From assembly GCF_009914755.1 (NCBI RefSeq), contig NC_060926.1: DNA of 64,000 bases; one strand, given 5' to 3'. The notes beneath the pieces are model-generated. The model worked only from the letters and a program-made list of their open reading frames with translations. It was not told where the DNA came from and ran no database searches. Both the position numbers and the translations under genes were made by a program. Every line of letters starts with the position of its first letter. Within the stretch, counting starts at the first letter, position 1. Of the stretch, positions 19,846 to 34,801 are shown piece by piece. Source of the DNA: the human T2T-CHM13v2.0 reference genome, Homo sapiens.

Positions 19846-20508
19846 ATTTTTTCCTTCTTTTTTGTTGTGATGGTCTTGGACTTTTTCAAATTTTGTGAAT
19901 TGGGGAGGGGATAAAAGGTGTCATAATAGGCCTTCTAATTCCTGCACCTGTTCTTTTTGCTTTTTCTAGTCTGTGTATTCTTCTCATCTTCTTGTTCCTC
20001 TTCATTTTCTTTTGCTGCTGCTTCTATTTCATGTTTCTATTCTTGTTTCTCCTCCTCTTTTTGTTTTCTTTATGCCAAGCAATGGCCTTAACAAACAACA
20101 AGCCAAAATTGTCACTGTGTTGTATTTTTAAAATAACTGGTCCTTTACTATGTTTTAGGGATGAGGAAAAAAATCAGTTGTATAATTAGTTACTTGAATA
20201 GCTATGCTTTCATGATTGTGTTAAACCACTTATGCCTAGTGTTCCATTATTGGAATGGTAAGCATGAGGGAGTTAATTACATCCTACTGCTCAAGGTCAT
20301 TAGAAGGTTTGATTTTTCACTCGTGCAAAAATTCAAAAAATTGCAGCCTCTGGCATAAATGGGCTAATGCGTTATAAGTAGTTATTCAGAGAATCAAAAA
20401 ATGAAGCATCACATAAAAATATTGGTGGCAAACAGCCATTTCATCTCTCTCACATATTTGGAGCTATGCAGGAGTCACGGGGTAAGTTCTAATTTATGAG
20501 ATTATTAA

Positions 20509-21213
<705 letters not shown>

Positions 21214-22039
21214 CGGCTGTGTGTATTTTAAGGCAAAGATTCACAACCAAAAACAAGGCTTTATTAACTTTTGTATCTAAGAACCTGCAGTGTCGAGCCC
21301 TCTTTTATTCCTAGTATTACTACTTTAGGTGTGAACTTTTTATCTTTATTTTACTGATTCCTCTAGAAGTTTATGCATTTTCTTGACTGCTTTAAAGACA
21401 ATCTATATTGTATCATTTTTCAAGCCCGTAGAAATGTGTAAGGCCTATAATTTGAACACTTGTTATTTTTAAGGTTATGAGCATGTAATATACCATTGAT
21501 ACATGGAAGAATATGTATCAATACCACTAGATAGGTTATATTGAAGAGATAATATCTAAATTTTTGTCCAGAGTTGATGGGGTGCAGTTTTGTAGGTGTG
21601 TTTCTCAATACATTGTGTCCATGTTTTAAAGCATATAGAAATTTGAATACTGTTTAACCTCATATAGTCCTTGTTTATAGGTTTAATATTTCTAAAGACT
21701 AAAGACGTCACAGCTCCCTTTAAGATTCAGTAATACTAATAAAATTTGAGATATACAGGGTTAGAGTCCAACAAATTCAAAGGAAAATTGTTGAATTATA
21801 TAGCCGTAGAGCAGGAATGAAACCCAGGTTCTAAGTTCCAAGGGGGCCATGAGCTACCATACAGGTGCATCAGTGACTGGGCATAGAGTTGGCAAAATTA
21901 TTTAAGAGAGTGAGCTGTGGATCCTAATTATGTGAACATGAATTTTTGAACTGCATGGTGCCTCAGTTTATCCATCATTACAGTGGGGACAGTAGTAAGT
22001 TTTTCTTTTTCTGCTCAGTTGTCTGAATTATTACCCCAG

Positions 22040-22980
22040 TCTCTCTTGTTGCCACTCTTGATGCCCACATGAGAGGATCTAAGGTAATTTCTGACAACCT
22101 GGGACTCCTTAAGGAAAAACAGAAGGTTCCACAAACCCCATTTTAGGAGAAACCTCTGTTTTCCTCATGGAACCCCAAGAACTTTAAGCAGACAGGTCCC
22201 TCTCAAAAATCTAAGGCTCTCCTCTGTTTTGCCTTGCGTTGTCTGACCTTTTTGGTTTGGATGGGCATCAGAAATTAGTAGGGGAGAGAGATCTAAAGAA
22301 AATTGTGGATATGAAGATGTATTTATTATAAGAAATGTTATGAAGGAAAGAAATGTTATATGAGAGAGGATCTTATATGGCAAATTGTTGTCCTAAAGTA
22401 GAATGACTAATTACAAAAGAGGGAAATACAGGACAGGTCAGATAAATTTAATCATGTCGTAGATAGTCTGTGGAAGTTGTGTTATGGTTCATAAAGTGGG
22501 AAAGAAAAACTGAACAACTGCTAGATCTTTTCTTGTCTAGAAGTGTTGTGTATGTGATGTATATATAATGGCTCGGCTTAAAAGAAAATGAAAGCTCTTA
22601 AATATTTTGTAAGAAAAATAGAAGCTCTAATGCCTTTTATTTCATGTGACTTCAGTAATCTTTGGGAAATAAAGATGGTGTTAAAGTCAGTGGTAAAATA
22701 AAAATATCTTCAAAATTTATCCATTTGGTCTAATTTAAGTCAGAGGTTAAGTTTTAGAAGTGCTTTAATGTCATAAATTGATGCTTTGACTTTGGAAAAT
22801 AGTTTTGTTTACCTGGTTTGGAGCCGTTAGATTTCTAGGTAAGGTCTCCGGACAGGTGGAGTTAGCCATGTCTCCTAGCTATGCTGGAAGGAGTCAGATT
22901 TTATCTGCAGTTCTGTCTTGTATCCTAGACTCTGCACCTGGTATGCAATTAAAACTTACTGCTGCTGCTAATCTCTGGGT
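22040..22980. mobile_element. Possible ERV1 (MER4-group) internal fragments
   Basis: Motifs such as GACAACCTGGGACTCCTT...GGAGAAACCTCTGTTTTCCTCATGGAACCCC resemble non-autonomous ERV1 internals; family uncertain. Confidence 0.35.
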
Positions 22981-23879
22981 TCCATTTAAAATCCTTCCAT
23001 CACATGAATACTATCCCCTGTACTAAATTTTTCCACAATTAAATACTTAGAATCATTTTTGCTGACTTGACCCAACCATTAGTGATATATTTTAAAAATG
23101 CTTATAATGTGTCACAATATATTTAGCAAATGTAGGGAATGACATTTTTACTTTCTTCAGCATTTACATAGCATTTATGTAGCAATGCTATCTCAAGTAT
23201 TTTTAATCATTTAAACGTTAGATAATAGATATGTTTTTGATTCCTTTTTTCTATGTAAATAAATATAATTATGAGATATTTAGTAAATAGTATCAATTGC
23301 ATATGTCACTTACAGAATATACAATGCAATTAGGATTATTTTTATACACTACATCATATTTACTTGTTGGCTTTACAATAACTTAGAAATAGTATTCTGG
23401 ATTAACTGTGTGACTCATGAGAGAGGGAGTTTGTGCAATTATAGTCTTTACAAATTTTTACTAGATTTTTCAAGACTTACGCTAGAACTTTGAGAACAAG
23501 GTAATAAATAAGCATATCTGTTAATATCACCTTTGGTCAACTCTTGGCTAGACCCAATGATAATGTAGGAATTAACATAATTTTTCTACTAAAGGTGTTG
23601 GATTTGTTCCGAGAGACCACAGTTCAAAGTCATTGACAAAGAAAGTTTAAAAATTGTTAGATTAAAACCTTTTAGTGTGTTTGAAATTGTTTTGTAGAAA
23701 AATATCCTGGTTTGCATTGATAGGTTTTTTTTTAAATAACAACTAGACCAAGAGAAAGGGAGAGTAGTGATAAATGTCCATGTTTTCGAGTTGAAAAGTA
23801 ACAATCAGTGTATTACAACAGATGGATTTGATGTCAAATTACAAATGCTGAGAACGTTATATGTAACTGACTTGCCAGA

Positions 23880-25095
23880 GTAATTATACAAGGCAAAGAA
23901 AGGAAAGGCATCTAAATAGGAAGGGAAGGGGTGAGATTGTCTGTGTTTTAGACTCCACAAAAAACCCATTACAGCTGATAAACACTATATTCAATAAAGT
24001 TGAGAGTTACAAAATTAACATTGGTTTCCATACACCAATGACAAACTGTTATCTGAAAAATAAGGTAATTCCATTTATAATAGCAACAAAACAAATATAT
24101 AAGTAAATCAAAGAGCAAGGAGTAATTTTAATGAAGGATGTGAACGATTTGTATACTGAAAATTATAGCACATTGATGAAAGAAATTGAAAGTGACAAAT
24201 AGAAAAAGTCCTATATTTGTCAACTGAAAAAATTAATATTGTCAAAATTTCAATGCTACTCAAAGCATTCTACAGATTAAATGCAACCGCTGTCAAATTC
24301 CAATGTCATTCTTCACAGAAATAGAAAAATTAGTCCTAAAATCTGAATGGAACCACAAAAGATGCTGAAAAACCAAAGCAATCTTTAGCAAAAAGAACAA
24401 ACCTGGAGGCATCAGACTACCTAATCTTTGACAAAGCAAACAAGAAAATGGGAAAGGACACCCTATTCAACATATGCTGCTGGTATAATTGGCAAGCCAC
24501 ATGCAGAAAAATGAAGCCGTTCTTCAAAGGTTAAATACAGAATTACCACATGACTCAGTAAATTCACTCCTATGTATACACCAAAAATAAATTAAAACAA
24601 ATGCCTTACACATAAAGGTATTTATAGCAACAAAAAGTAGGAAACAACAGAAATGTCCATGAATTTTGGAGTGGATTAATAAAATGTGGTCTGTCCATAA
24701 AATAAAATATTACTTGGCAATGAAAAACATATTAATACATGCTCCAAAAAGGATGAACATTGAAAACATGATAAATGAAAGTAGTAAGTCACACGTAACT
24801 ATATTATTATGATTCCACTTACATGAAATGTCCAGAATAGGCAAATCCTTCCAGAATAGGCAAATTCTTAGGAAGTAGATGGATGATTGCCTAGGGCTGG
24901 GAGAGGTTTAAAGGAAGAATGGGGAAAATAGGGAAAGATTGCTAATGGGTGCAAAGTTTCTTTTAAGGAGCATAAAAATGTTCTAAAATCGTGGTGATTG
25001 TTTAACTAGTTAATACACTTAAAAAACTGAATTTTATACTTTAAATGAGTGAATTAAATAATATATAAATTGTATCTCAATGAACCTGTGAAAAA
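23880..25095 (+). mobile_element. L1M (L1MB-like) ORF2 3' portion and 3' UTR
   Basis: TTCTTCACAGAAATAGAAAAA...GGAACCACAAAAG; CCAGAATAGGCAAATCC; ATAAATTGTATCTCAAT. Confidence 0.8.
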
Positions 25096-25639
25096 AGTTA
25101 AAAAATATGTGGTATGCATAAACAAAAAGTTCTTCATTTTATTTCCTAGGGTTTTGGGGAAAAGGTGGTGTTTGATTATATGAGTAAGTTCTTTAGAGGT
25201 GATTCAGGAGATTTTGGTGCACCCAACACCTGTGCAGTATACACTGTATACACTGCACCGGGGCAGGAGCTGGCTGCAATCCTGTGGCCCCAAATGCCCC
25301 CTTGCTGATGGCCTCGTGTTCTGGGTGCGGAGCAAAGAGGAGCAGGTGTTGAAGGCACCTCAGGCAGGCCCTGGGCTCGGTGGGCGTCTTGTGCTCCGCG
25401 ATTTTGAGGCCATTTGCAGCCAGCTCCGTCAGCCCGAGCTCCCAGCTGCAGCTGCTGCCATGCACAACAGCACCGCCAGGAGTGTCCTGGGGGCTTTTTT
25501 CAAAGGAGGCTGTCAGCATCCTCAAGTTCCAGACGCTTAGCCCCAGTCCTCCTTTAAGAGGCTTTTTTTTTTTTCACCAGAGGCTTCTCAGTGGCTTGAA
25601 AGCTCAGCTGACTCCCACGAAGTTTGCCGGAACTCAAGG

Positions 25640-26381
25640 CTGTCAGTGACATTCGTGGCGCCAAGACTTAAGCAGGCGCGTTGCATGCATCGGCCAGTGT
25701 CTGTGCCACGTGCCCTGACGCCACCTGAGATAAGCACGCCGCACGCCGCACGCCGCACGCGCACGCGCACGCCCGGCAGCAGCTTGCTGGCTTGTAACGG
25801 CTTGCACGCGCACGCCGCACGCGCATAACGGTTTGGCCGGCCTGTAACGGCTTGCACGCGCACGCCGCACGCGCGTAACGGCTTGGCTGGCCTGTAATGG
25901 CTTGCACGCGCATGCTGCACGCGCTTTAACGGCTTGGCTGGCCTGTAGCGGCTTGGCTTGGCTTTGCGTTCTTGGCTTGGCTTGGCGTTGGTAGCTTGGA
26001 TTGACGTTTCCTGCTTGGATTGACGTTTTCTCTCTCGTGTTCCTTTGCTGGGCTTGACCTTTTCTCTGCTGGGTTTGGCATTCCCTTGGGTGGGCTGGGT
26101 GTTTTCTTGGGGGCGGGGGTTGGCCCTTTCTGGGGTTGGCCCTTTCTGGGGTGGGCGTGGGGTCGCCCAGGGGGGGCGTGGGCTTTCCTCGGGTGGGTGT
26201 GGGTTTTCCCTGGGTGGGGTGGGCTGGGCTGGAATCCCCTGCTGGGGTTGGCAGGTTTTGGCTGGGATTGACATTTCTCTTCAAACAGATTGGAAACCCG
26301 GAGTTACCTGCTAGTTGGTGAAACTGGTTGGTAGACGCGATCTGTTGGCTACTACTGGCTTCTCCTGGCTGTTAAAAGCAG
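25640..26381 (+). promoter_or_regulatory. CpG-rich POTE promoter / 5' UTR region
   Basis: High CpG density directly upstream of the ATG; tandem GCACGCGCACGC and TAACGG motifs, two TGACG half-CRE motifs, G-tracts at 26090-26250. Confidence 0.7.
25790..25956. repeat. 50-bp tandem repeat, about 3.3 copies
   Basis: Unit TGTAACGGCTTGCACGCGCACGCCGCACGCGC(A/G)TAACGG(T/C)TTGGC(C/T)GGCC with period 50. Confidence 0.9.
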
Positions 26382-26902
26382 ATGGTGGTTGAGGTTGATT
26401 CCATGCCGGCTGCCTCTTCTGTGAAGAAGCCATTTGGTCTCAGGAGCAAGATGGGCAAGTGGTGCTGCCGTTGCTTCCCCTGCTACAGGGAGAGCGGCAA
26501 GAGCAACGTGGGCACTTCTGGAGACCACGACGACTCTGCTATGAAGACACTCAGGAGCAAGATGGGCAAGTGGTGCCACCACTGCTTCCCCTGCTGCAGG
26601 GGGAGTGGCAAGAGCAACGTGGGCGCTTCTGGAGACCACGACGACTCTGCTATGAAGACACTCAGGAACAAGATGGGCAAGTGGTGCTGCCACTGCTTCC
26701 CCTGCTGCAGGGGGAGCGGCAAGAGCAAGGTGGGCGCTTGGGGAGACTACGATGACAGCGCCTTCATGGAGCCCAGGTACCACGTCCGTGGAGAAGATCT
26801 GGACAAGCTCCACAGAGCTGCCTGGTGGGGTAAAGTCCCCAGAAAGGATCTCATCGTCATGCTCAGGGACACTGACGTGAACAAGAAGGACAAGCAAAAG
26901 AG
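26382..26902 (+). CDS. POTEE: POTE ankyrin domain family member E, coding exon 1 (three Cys-rich repeats, start of ankyrin region)
   Basis: [38 protein letters not shown]...WCHHC...DKQK; AG|GTAACC donor. CYRES and WCHHC match my recall of POTEE rather than POTEF; POTE family certain, paralog less so. Confidence 0.85.
26439..26760 (+). repeat. 111-bp coding tandem repeat x3 (37-aa Cys-rich domain)
   Basis: CTCAGGA(G/A)CAAGATGGGCAAGTGGTGC at 26439, 26550, 26661. Confidence 0.95.
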
Positions 26903-27437
26903 GTAACCAGGCCTGGGCTGGGAGGAGGTGGGACGTGGGGGGATGATGGGGACATACCCTCCTGGCGGGGGAGGAGGGGGACCTGGCTTTCTCGCCTCCG
27001 CAGGCCTCACACCACCCTGGATGTGGAAACCTCAGAGAGGTCAGGGTACAGGGCCCTTTATGAACAGCAACACAAAAACAAAACTTTAGCTGATTTCCAA
27101 TCATAATTTCCCTCATAGAACACTAATAGACTGTTTTAAAGTGATTTAACTTGCAAAATTAATTAAGTCAATGCAGCAGATTATTTTTAATCTACAGATT
27201 TTAAAACAATGTTCTATACATTATAGAAAAGTGTATATTGAGAACTAAGAACAAAGCCCCATAACACATCAACTTCAGGGCTAAATATTCTTCAAATAAA
27301 ATCCAGTATGGATTTTATATCAATGTACAGTATGTAAATATGTTCTTTACTGAGGAACCTTAGAAGGAAACTGAAATGGGAAGATGGTTCCTGTGCTTGA
27401 ACAGGAAGATTGAATTTTCTTAAGATGTGAGCTTTTT

Positions 27438-27762
<325 letters not shown>

Positions 27763-28194
27763 CTAAGCCAAATAAAAATAGCAAAGTTTTAGCGTTTTTA
27801 AATTACACATGCTGTCTTTTATTATTGTGATAAATTAATTTTTTGTAACAGAATGGAAAAAGTCTGCTTTTCCAGATATCAAAATGTGCATGTTATTTAT
27901 TTCCACAAATTGTTTACTAACAGCTGAAAAGACATCAATGAATACAACAGAATAGGAAATTTAGAAATACCCAAATATATGTTAAGAATTTAGCGCTTGA
28001 TAATGGTGGTGTTTTTTATTATTTGAAAAAGATGGATTGTTCATAATTCATGTTTGGAGAAAACTAGCTAGATTTTTATGTCACAAAAATAAGAGTATAG
28101 ATTAAAAATTTTAAATATACAAAAAGAGAAACATACCAGAAGAGAAACATACAAATGCCTATTTATATATGCAGATATATATTTATATATATAC

Positions 28195-28482
28195 TTTTTT
28201 TTGGATGGAGTCTGACTCTGCTGCCCCGGCTGGAGTGCAGTAGTGCGATCTCGGCTCACTGCAACCTCTGCCTCCTAGGTTCAAGCAATTCTCTGCTTCA
28301 GCCTACTGAGTAGCTGGGATTACAGGCGCCTGCCACCACGCCTGGCTAATTGCTTTGTATTTTTAGTAGAGATGGGGTTTCACCATCTTGGCCAGGCAGG
28401 TCTTGAACTCCTGTCCTCGTGATCCACCCACCTTGGCTTCCCCAAGTGCTGGGGTTACAGGCGTGAGCCACTGTGCCTGGCC
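28195..28482 (-). mobile_element. AluS
   Basis: Full antisense Alu. Confidence 0.88.
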
Positions 28483-28658
28483 TATATTTGCAGACATAAT
28501 AAAATAAGCTCATTTTAAAATTGGGCAAAGTACTTTTTTTGCATATCTACCAGTGACCTATGCACATAGGAAAAGATAGCGTTCCTGGTAGAAGAAGGAA
28601 TGTAAGTTAGAAGAGGAATGAAATACTGTTTTCTATTTAAGTTAGAAGAGGAATGAAA

Positions 28659-29040
<382 letters not shown>

Positions 29041-30164
29041 TTAAATTGCTACAGCTTTTCAAACAAACACTTTAGTGGTAAGAACCACATTTTAAAAATG
29101 TTATGCTTTTTACTCATCAATTCCATTATACTGAAATATCTTTACCAAATAGATGTCTGTTTTTCTTAGTATTGATTAAAATAGCAGTGTATTTAGAAGA
29201 ACCCATATAAAGATTTCATGGACAAATTTCAGTGCATCCATAGGATGGACTAATATGTAACTATTGAGGTTGTCAGTAGATACAGAGATATGTCGACATG
29301 CAAAGATGTACTTTGCTATAACAAGTGAGAAAAAAATCAGTTGGTTACACATATACACGAACAGAATCTGCTCGTGTTAGCTGAAAACATGTAGAAAATA
29401 TAATCAAACTTGTTTCTGGGGATTTGTAAGTGAAGTTTTTCCCTTTCTCTTATCTGTGATTTCTGCAATGAACATCTGAAGTTTTAGTTAAAGTTCATTA
29501 GTAATGCAATAATCCTTGGGAAGAGAAGGAATATGCTTCTTGCATAGATGCAAATAATTTGTCACATTCTATTATTTATTTTTCTATCTGTGGTTGGCTA
29601 TCTTCTGTGAACTTTTACCCTCTTCAGAAGTAGAGGGATTGTGTTTACCTGTTCCTGTAGATTTTATTGTATATACATTTTATTACATAATTATCTTTTC
29701 ATTAGATATAGATTAACATGTAAAAAGTATGAATTAATCATTTTAGTTGAGTTGTATGTTTATGAAAATTAAAATAGCAAATGTAAGTGATTATTACTAT
29801 TGCAAATGTATTGCATTACTCGACAGGAGTTTTCTTTGAAAATACTGAACTCCCAAGCTGTGTTCATCCATTCTTTCAATCCATTTAGTCATCAGACATA
29901 AGCCAGACACCTATTATGTGGCAGGCATATTCTACTATCTCTCAGGATCCTTCCACCTTTGAAAACTTCATGTTTATCTGCTGGGCTTGAGCAAGCTGAG
30001 AGATTTAAAATTGGTGCATTAGGACTTAATCTCAATTGAAGCTTTTCCTCCCTCCTTTCAAACAGAAGCATTTCTGAAGGTAGAAAATAGTAAAAGACAA
30101 CCCTTAACTGCCCTTTTGAAAATTTATAAGTCTTGGAGAAAGACTGTTTTAGTTGTTTTAAGAA

Positions 30165-30560
30165 CTAAAATGTGGTACATAAACAGCATGGAATACTATG
30201 CAGCCATAAAAGAAGGAACGAGAGCATGTCCTTTGCAGGGACATGGATGGTGTTGAAAGCCATTATCCTTAGCAAACTAACAAAGGAAGAGAAAACCAAA
30301 TACTGCATGTTCTTACTTATAGGTGGGAGCTAAATGGTGAGAACACACAGATACCTAGAGGGAAGCAGCACACACTGGGGCCTATTACAGGGTGAAGGGT
30401 GGGAGGAGGGAAGGAAGCAGGAAATAGAATGAATGGGTACTGGGCTTAACACCTGAGTAATGAAATAATCTGTACAACCAACCCCCTTGGTGCACGTGTT
30501 TACCTGTGTAACAAACCTGCACATCTGGCACGTGTACCCCTGAATGTAACAGTTGAAAAA
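30165..30560 (+). mobile_element. L1PA 3' end
   Basis: ATGGAATACTATGCAGCCATAAA...GTCCTTTGCAGGGACATGGATG...AACAAACCTGCAC. Confidence 0.85.
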
Positions 30561-31575
30561 AGCTCCACAAATCGTTTCATAAATCCGTTTTAAAAGGAGA
30601 AAATTTATAACAGTCTTAAATCCTAATATGAATGATTGGAAATATCTGATGTAGATATATTGTATAAATCTAAGTATTGAAAAAAATGAGCCCATGCTAT
30701 TCATTTGAATTCCAGGTTTTCTTTGGCTTAAAGTTTATTGAAAACCAAAGTAAGAATTGGTTTATTTTAGAAATTTGTTTTTGTTTTCACCTCAGCTTTC
30801 TTATTCCATAGTTCTTTTAAGAACTAAAATTTATCTAAATGCTGGTCATCTGACTGGAACCGCCCCGGACCTGTTATAACATATTCTACTTCATGTAAGA
30901 CACCAGGGATTGTGTGATGCCCCATTATTTTATGCCTCAATAAGAGAATTATTTAAATGCCGCAAATTATAGTAAATCATGAATTGTAAGTGGTATTTCA
31001 GTGGAGACAACATGGAGACAATGATCATCTCAGAATCACTAAAATACAATGTTAGCTGTAATATTTAAAACACACCTGAAAGTGTAGGTATAATTGTATC
31101 ATCTCAGTTCAAATGTTGTCTTTAGTGGTATTAGTAAAAATTAAAATATCTAACAATTATTGAGCTGTTATTTGTGTTAGGAACTATTCTATATCTTTTG
31201 TGCAGAGTCTCATTTAAGCATTAGAGTGGTTTCCTGTGAGAAAGCTACTATTTTCATTCCTATTTTATTGATGAGGAAACTGAGACCCCAAAAGGCTAAG
31301 CAACAGCCAGGAAGTGACAGAGCTTCAAGTAGGATTCCAGCCCACGTTGAATGTCATCCAAGGGCTATGCTCTTTATATTTATATAGGCTGCCCTTTCAT
31401 TAATACAGCGAGCAATGAGAGATAATAAATAGTGTGCTTTTTTCATGGGAAAGTTAAATGTTTGTTTTGAAGGCAGAGTAATAGCAGGCTATTCAGTGTT
31501 TGCAGTTACATGAATCATTGCTATGGCTGTAGCTAGTGCACTACAATTTCCTAAAAAGTCTTGTCACTCTCATAG

Positions 31576-31690
31576 GACTGCTCTACATCTGGCCTCTGCC
31601 AATGGGAATTCAGAAGTAGTAAAACTCCTGCTGGACAGACGATGTCAACTTAATGTCCTTGACAACAAAAAGAGGACAGCTCTGATAAAG
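31576..31690 (+). CDS. POTEE: POTE coding exon 2 (ankyrin repeat)
   Basis: (R)[38 protein letters not shown]; CATAG acceptor, GTATGC donor; 115 nt, in phase. Confidence 0.9.
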
Positions 31691-31846
31691 GTATGCAGTA
31701 GCCAACTATATCAGCATGAGGTGGGTTTGATTTCAATACATAGCATAAAAATGAGTTTTCTCCTTTAAATATAACTAGTTGGTGAAAGCTGTGGAATGTT
31801 ATTTTGAATTCCTAAGATTTGTAATTTGTTTTTGGTCTAATACTGA

Positions 31847-32026
<180 letters not shown>

Positions 32027-33242
32027 TAGATCTACCAATTTTATCTTCAAAATACTGAAATGCATTCATTTTAACATTGACCTGTGTAAGGGCCAGTCTT
32101 CCATATTTGGAAGCTCAAGCATAACCTGAATGAAAATATTTTGAAATGACCTAATTATCTAAGACTTCATTTTAAATATTGTTACTTTCAAAGAAGCATT
32201 AGAGGGTACAGTTTTTTTTTTTTAATGCACTTGTGGTAAATACTTTTTTTGAAAACACTGAATTTGTAAAAGATAATACTTACTATTTTTCAATTTTTCC
32301 CTCCTAGGATGTTTTTTCCCTATTGAATGTAAAATGGCAAAATTTGCCCTGAAATAGGTTTTACATGAAAACTCCAAGAAAAGTTAAACATGTTTCAGTG
32401 AATAGAGATCCTGCTCCTTTGGCAAGTTCCTAAAAAACAGTAATAGATACGAGGTGATGCGCCTCTCACTGGCAAGGCTTAAGATATTTCTGATTGCTCA
32501 TGAGCCAGAAGTGGAAAGCAAAAAAGAGAGCAATCAGAAATATCAAGGCCAATTTGGAAATTAGATAATGGAGGGAAAAGACCATGAAGAGGTTGTGTGT
32601 GTGTGTGTTGTTGTTGTTGACTGATTTGTTTCCTTTGCATGGTGAGACAAGGTTCTCTTCAATTTTAGAGAATGACAGTTTTCAGTTTGGGAGAGGGAGT
32701 TAGTGGGTTGTAAACTACCTAGAGATCAATTTTAGGAGGCCTCTGAGGAACCAGATTGGCAGTGAATAGGTGGTAATGTAAGAGGAAACCCTTGAGCAGA
32801 GGGAATATCAAGTAATTAACTGACTTAGTATCCTATTCTGGTAGAAATGGCCAATTAGAGTCTCAGCTCTGCTTTCAAATCTAGAGTGTCTGGATGGGAA
32901 GGGGGAAGATAAACAAGTAACAAGATCAAGTTGGATTTTGAGTTGACTAGACCCTGTTCTTCTCTTACCGGGGAAAATCATGTGGTGTTTTCAGCAAATG
33001 GGCCTCTCTCCTACTCCTTACTCTTTTTGGCCAAATCTTCAAATGAGAAAGGGAATTGGTCATGTGGGTGAGAAATGAGACTGAAGTAATTGTCTGTTGC
33101 ACTAGCTTTCAGCTAGAATTGTGCATCCCAGTAACCTGAGGAAAATGTTTAAATAATCAACAAGTCTAGGCTTTTTCTGAATATTTTGATACAGTAAGTC
33201 TAATAAAGCCTGGATATGTATATTTGAAAATGTTTCCTTGAA

Positions 33243-33358
33243 GCCAGGCATGGTGGTACATGGCTGTAGTCCCAGCTGCTAGGGAGGCTGAGGTGGGAGG
33301 ATTGCTTGAGCTCAGGAGTTCGAGTCTAGCCTGGTCAACATAATGAGACCCTGTCTCT

Positions 33359-33389
<31 letters not shown>

Positions 33390-33390
33390 A
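33243..33390 (+). mobile_element. Alu monomer (FLAM-type) with (CAA)n tail
   Basis: GGGAGGATTGCTTGAGCTCAGGAGTTCGAG then CAACAACAAC. Confidence 0.75.
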
Positions 33391-33547
33391 TTTTCTCAAA
33401 ATCTGGATACACTCCTGCTTAAGAACCACTCAATACATAAATGTAATATGTAAATTCTTATGTCTCAGAAACTTAAGGTATCTCTAGAAGAGTTGGGGTT
33501 GGATATGTGCTGATTTCTTTAAATCTTTCCAATAACATTAATCTGAC

Positions 33548-33803
33548 TTTTTTTTTTTTTTTTGAGATGGGGTCTCACTCTGTTTCCCAGGCTGGAATGC
33601 AGTGGTGTGATCACAGCTCACTGCAGCCTCGACCTCTCCAAGCTCAGATGGTCCTCCAACCTCAGTTTTTTTTTTTTTTTTTCAGTAGAGATGAGGTTTT
33701 TGCCATGTTTCTCAGGCTGGTCTTGAACTCCTGGGCTCAAGCGATTCACCCACCTCAGCCTCCCCAAATGCTAGGATTACAGGTGTGAGCCACCATTCCT
33801 GAC
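33548..33803 (-). mobile_element. AluJ
   Basis: GATCACAGCTCACTGCAGCCTCGACC; CTCCTGGGCTCAAGCGA. Confidence 0.8.
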
Positions 33804-34801
33804 CTAGTCTGACTTTTATCTGTGACTGAGACATTAAAATGAATATTATTGGTAGTATGTATCAGCTTACAGAATAAGACCTTTTCCTTCCTACCATCAG
33901 TTATTCACTGCTGTTCAGAAGGTCTTTAGAAATTTGCTGTGAGTAGTCTTTCAATAAGTAGAGGATGGCCCTCTCAGGATTTTGTGTCTCTTTGTTCAGT
34001 CATTCAAGTGCTTAGGTCAGTAAGTCGTTAAGAGCAGAATTTTCTCAATTAGAATTGTAGCAAATTCTAAACCACTTTTTGTCAATTGACGCTGTATTAT
34101 GGACTATCCAGTGTGTCTCTTAAGTATGTAGAGCTTTGGCATAATCAGCATGGCAGTTTTAAACACTAAAAACCATGGAGTTATTAAGAATACAGATAGG
34201 AATTCTGTTAATTTAGTTTCAGTAGTCCTATGAACTGATGGTTTAGTTAACAATCTGGGAAAATTAAATACAAATAGATTTTAAATAAATAAATGTTGGA
34301 AAATTTTTTCAAATGGGCAGTATGAGTTTTAATAGCAATTTTTGTTGCATGTTGGAGGTTGAACTTTTGGTAAAACATGAAACTAAAGAAATATTTTACA
34401 TGCAGATTCTTGCTTTATACACAATTTGTCTTAGGGTTGAGGATATAGAGACAAAAGATACAGCCCCTGCCCTCAAGAAGCTTTTTGTTTAGATGGGAAA
34501 AATATTATCATCCAATAACACCATGCCAAATGCTGGTTTAGAAGCAAAGAGCCTTGGAAGCAGTAAATGTTTAAAGTGAGTTTTTGAGATGATTAGAGTT
34601 ACTGTGGTGAGGCAGAGAAGGGGTGTTTCCAAGGGAAGGAGCAGCGTGTGGGAAAGCACAGAAGAGTGAGAAGGAAGCGAGTACATTTTATTTACTTTCT
34701 ATGCGTGTAAGTCCATAAGATCTTACATAAAGTTTCCACTTTGGTTGAGGAATATGTACTTTTTTGAATTACATAGGTTTTTGCTTTATATTGTTTTACA
34801 G

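Noticed and set aside
25790-25956. Regularly spaced repeats superficially like a CRISPR array
   Set aside because: Head-to-tail tandem units with no unique spacers, eukaryotic context and no cas genes
25588-26284. 228-aa and 213-aa minus-strand ORFs with repeated motifs
   Set aside because: Antisense reading of the POTE promoter repeat and G-tracts
26352-27116. 254-aa antisense ORF over exon 1
   Set aside because: Shadow of the GC-rich 111-bp coding repeats; no independent support
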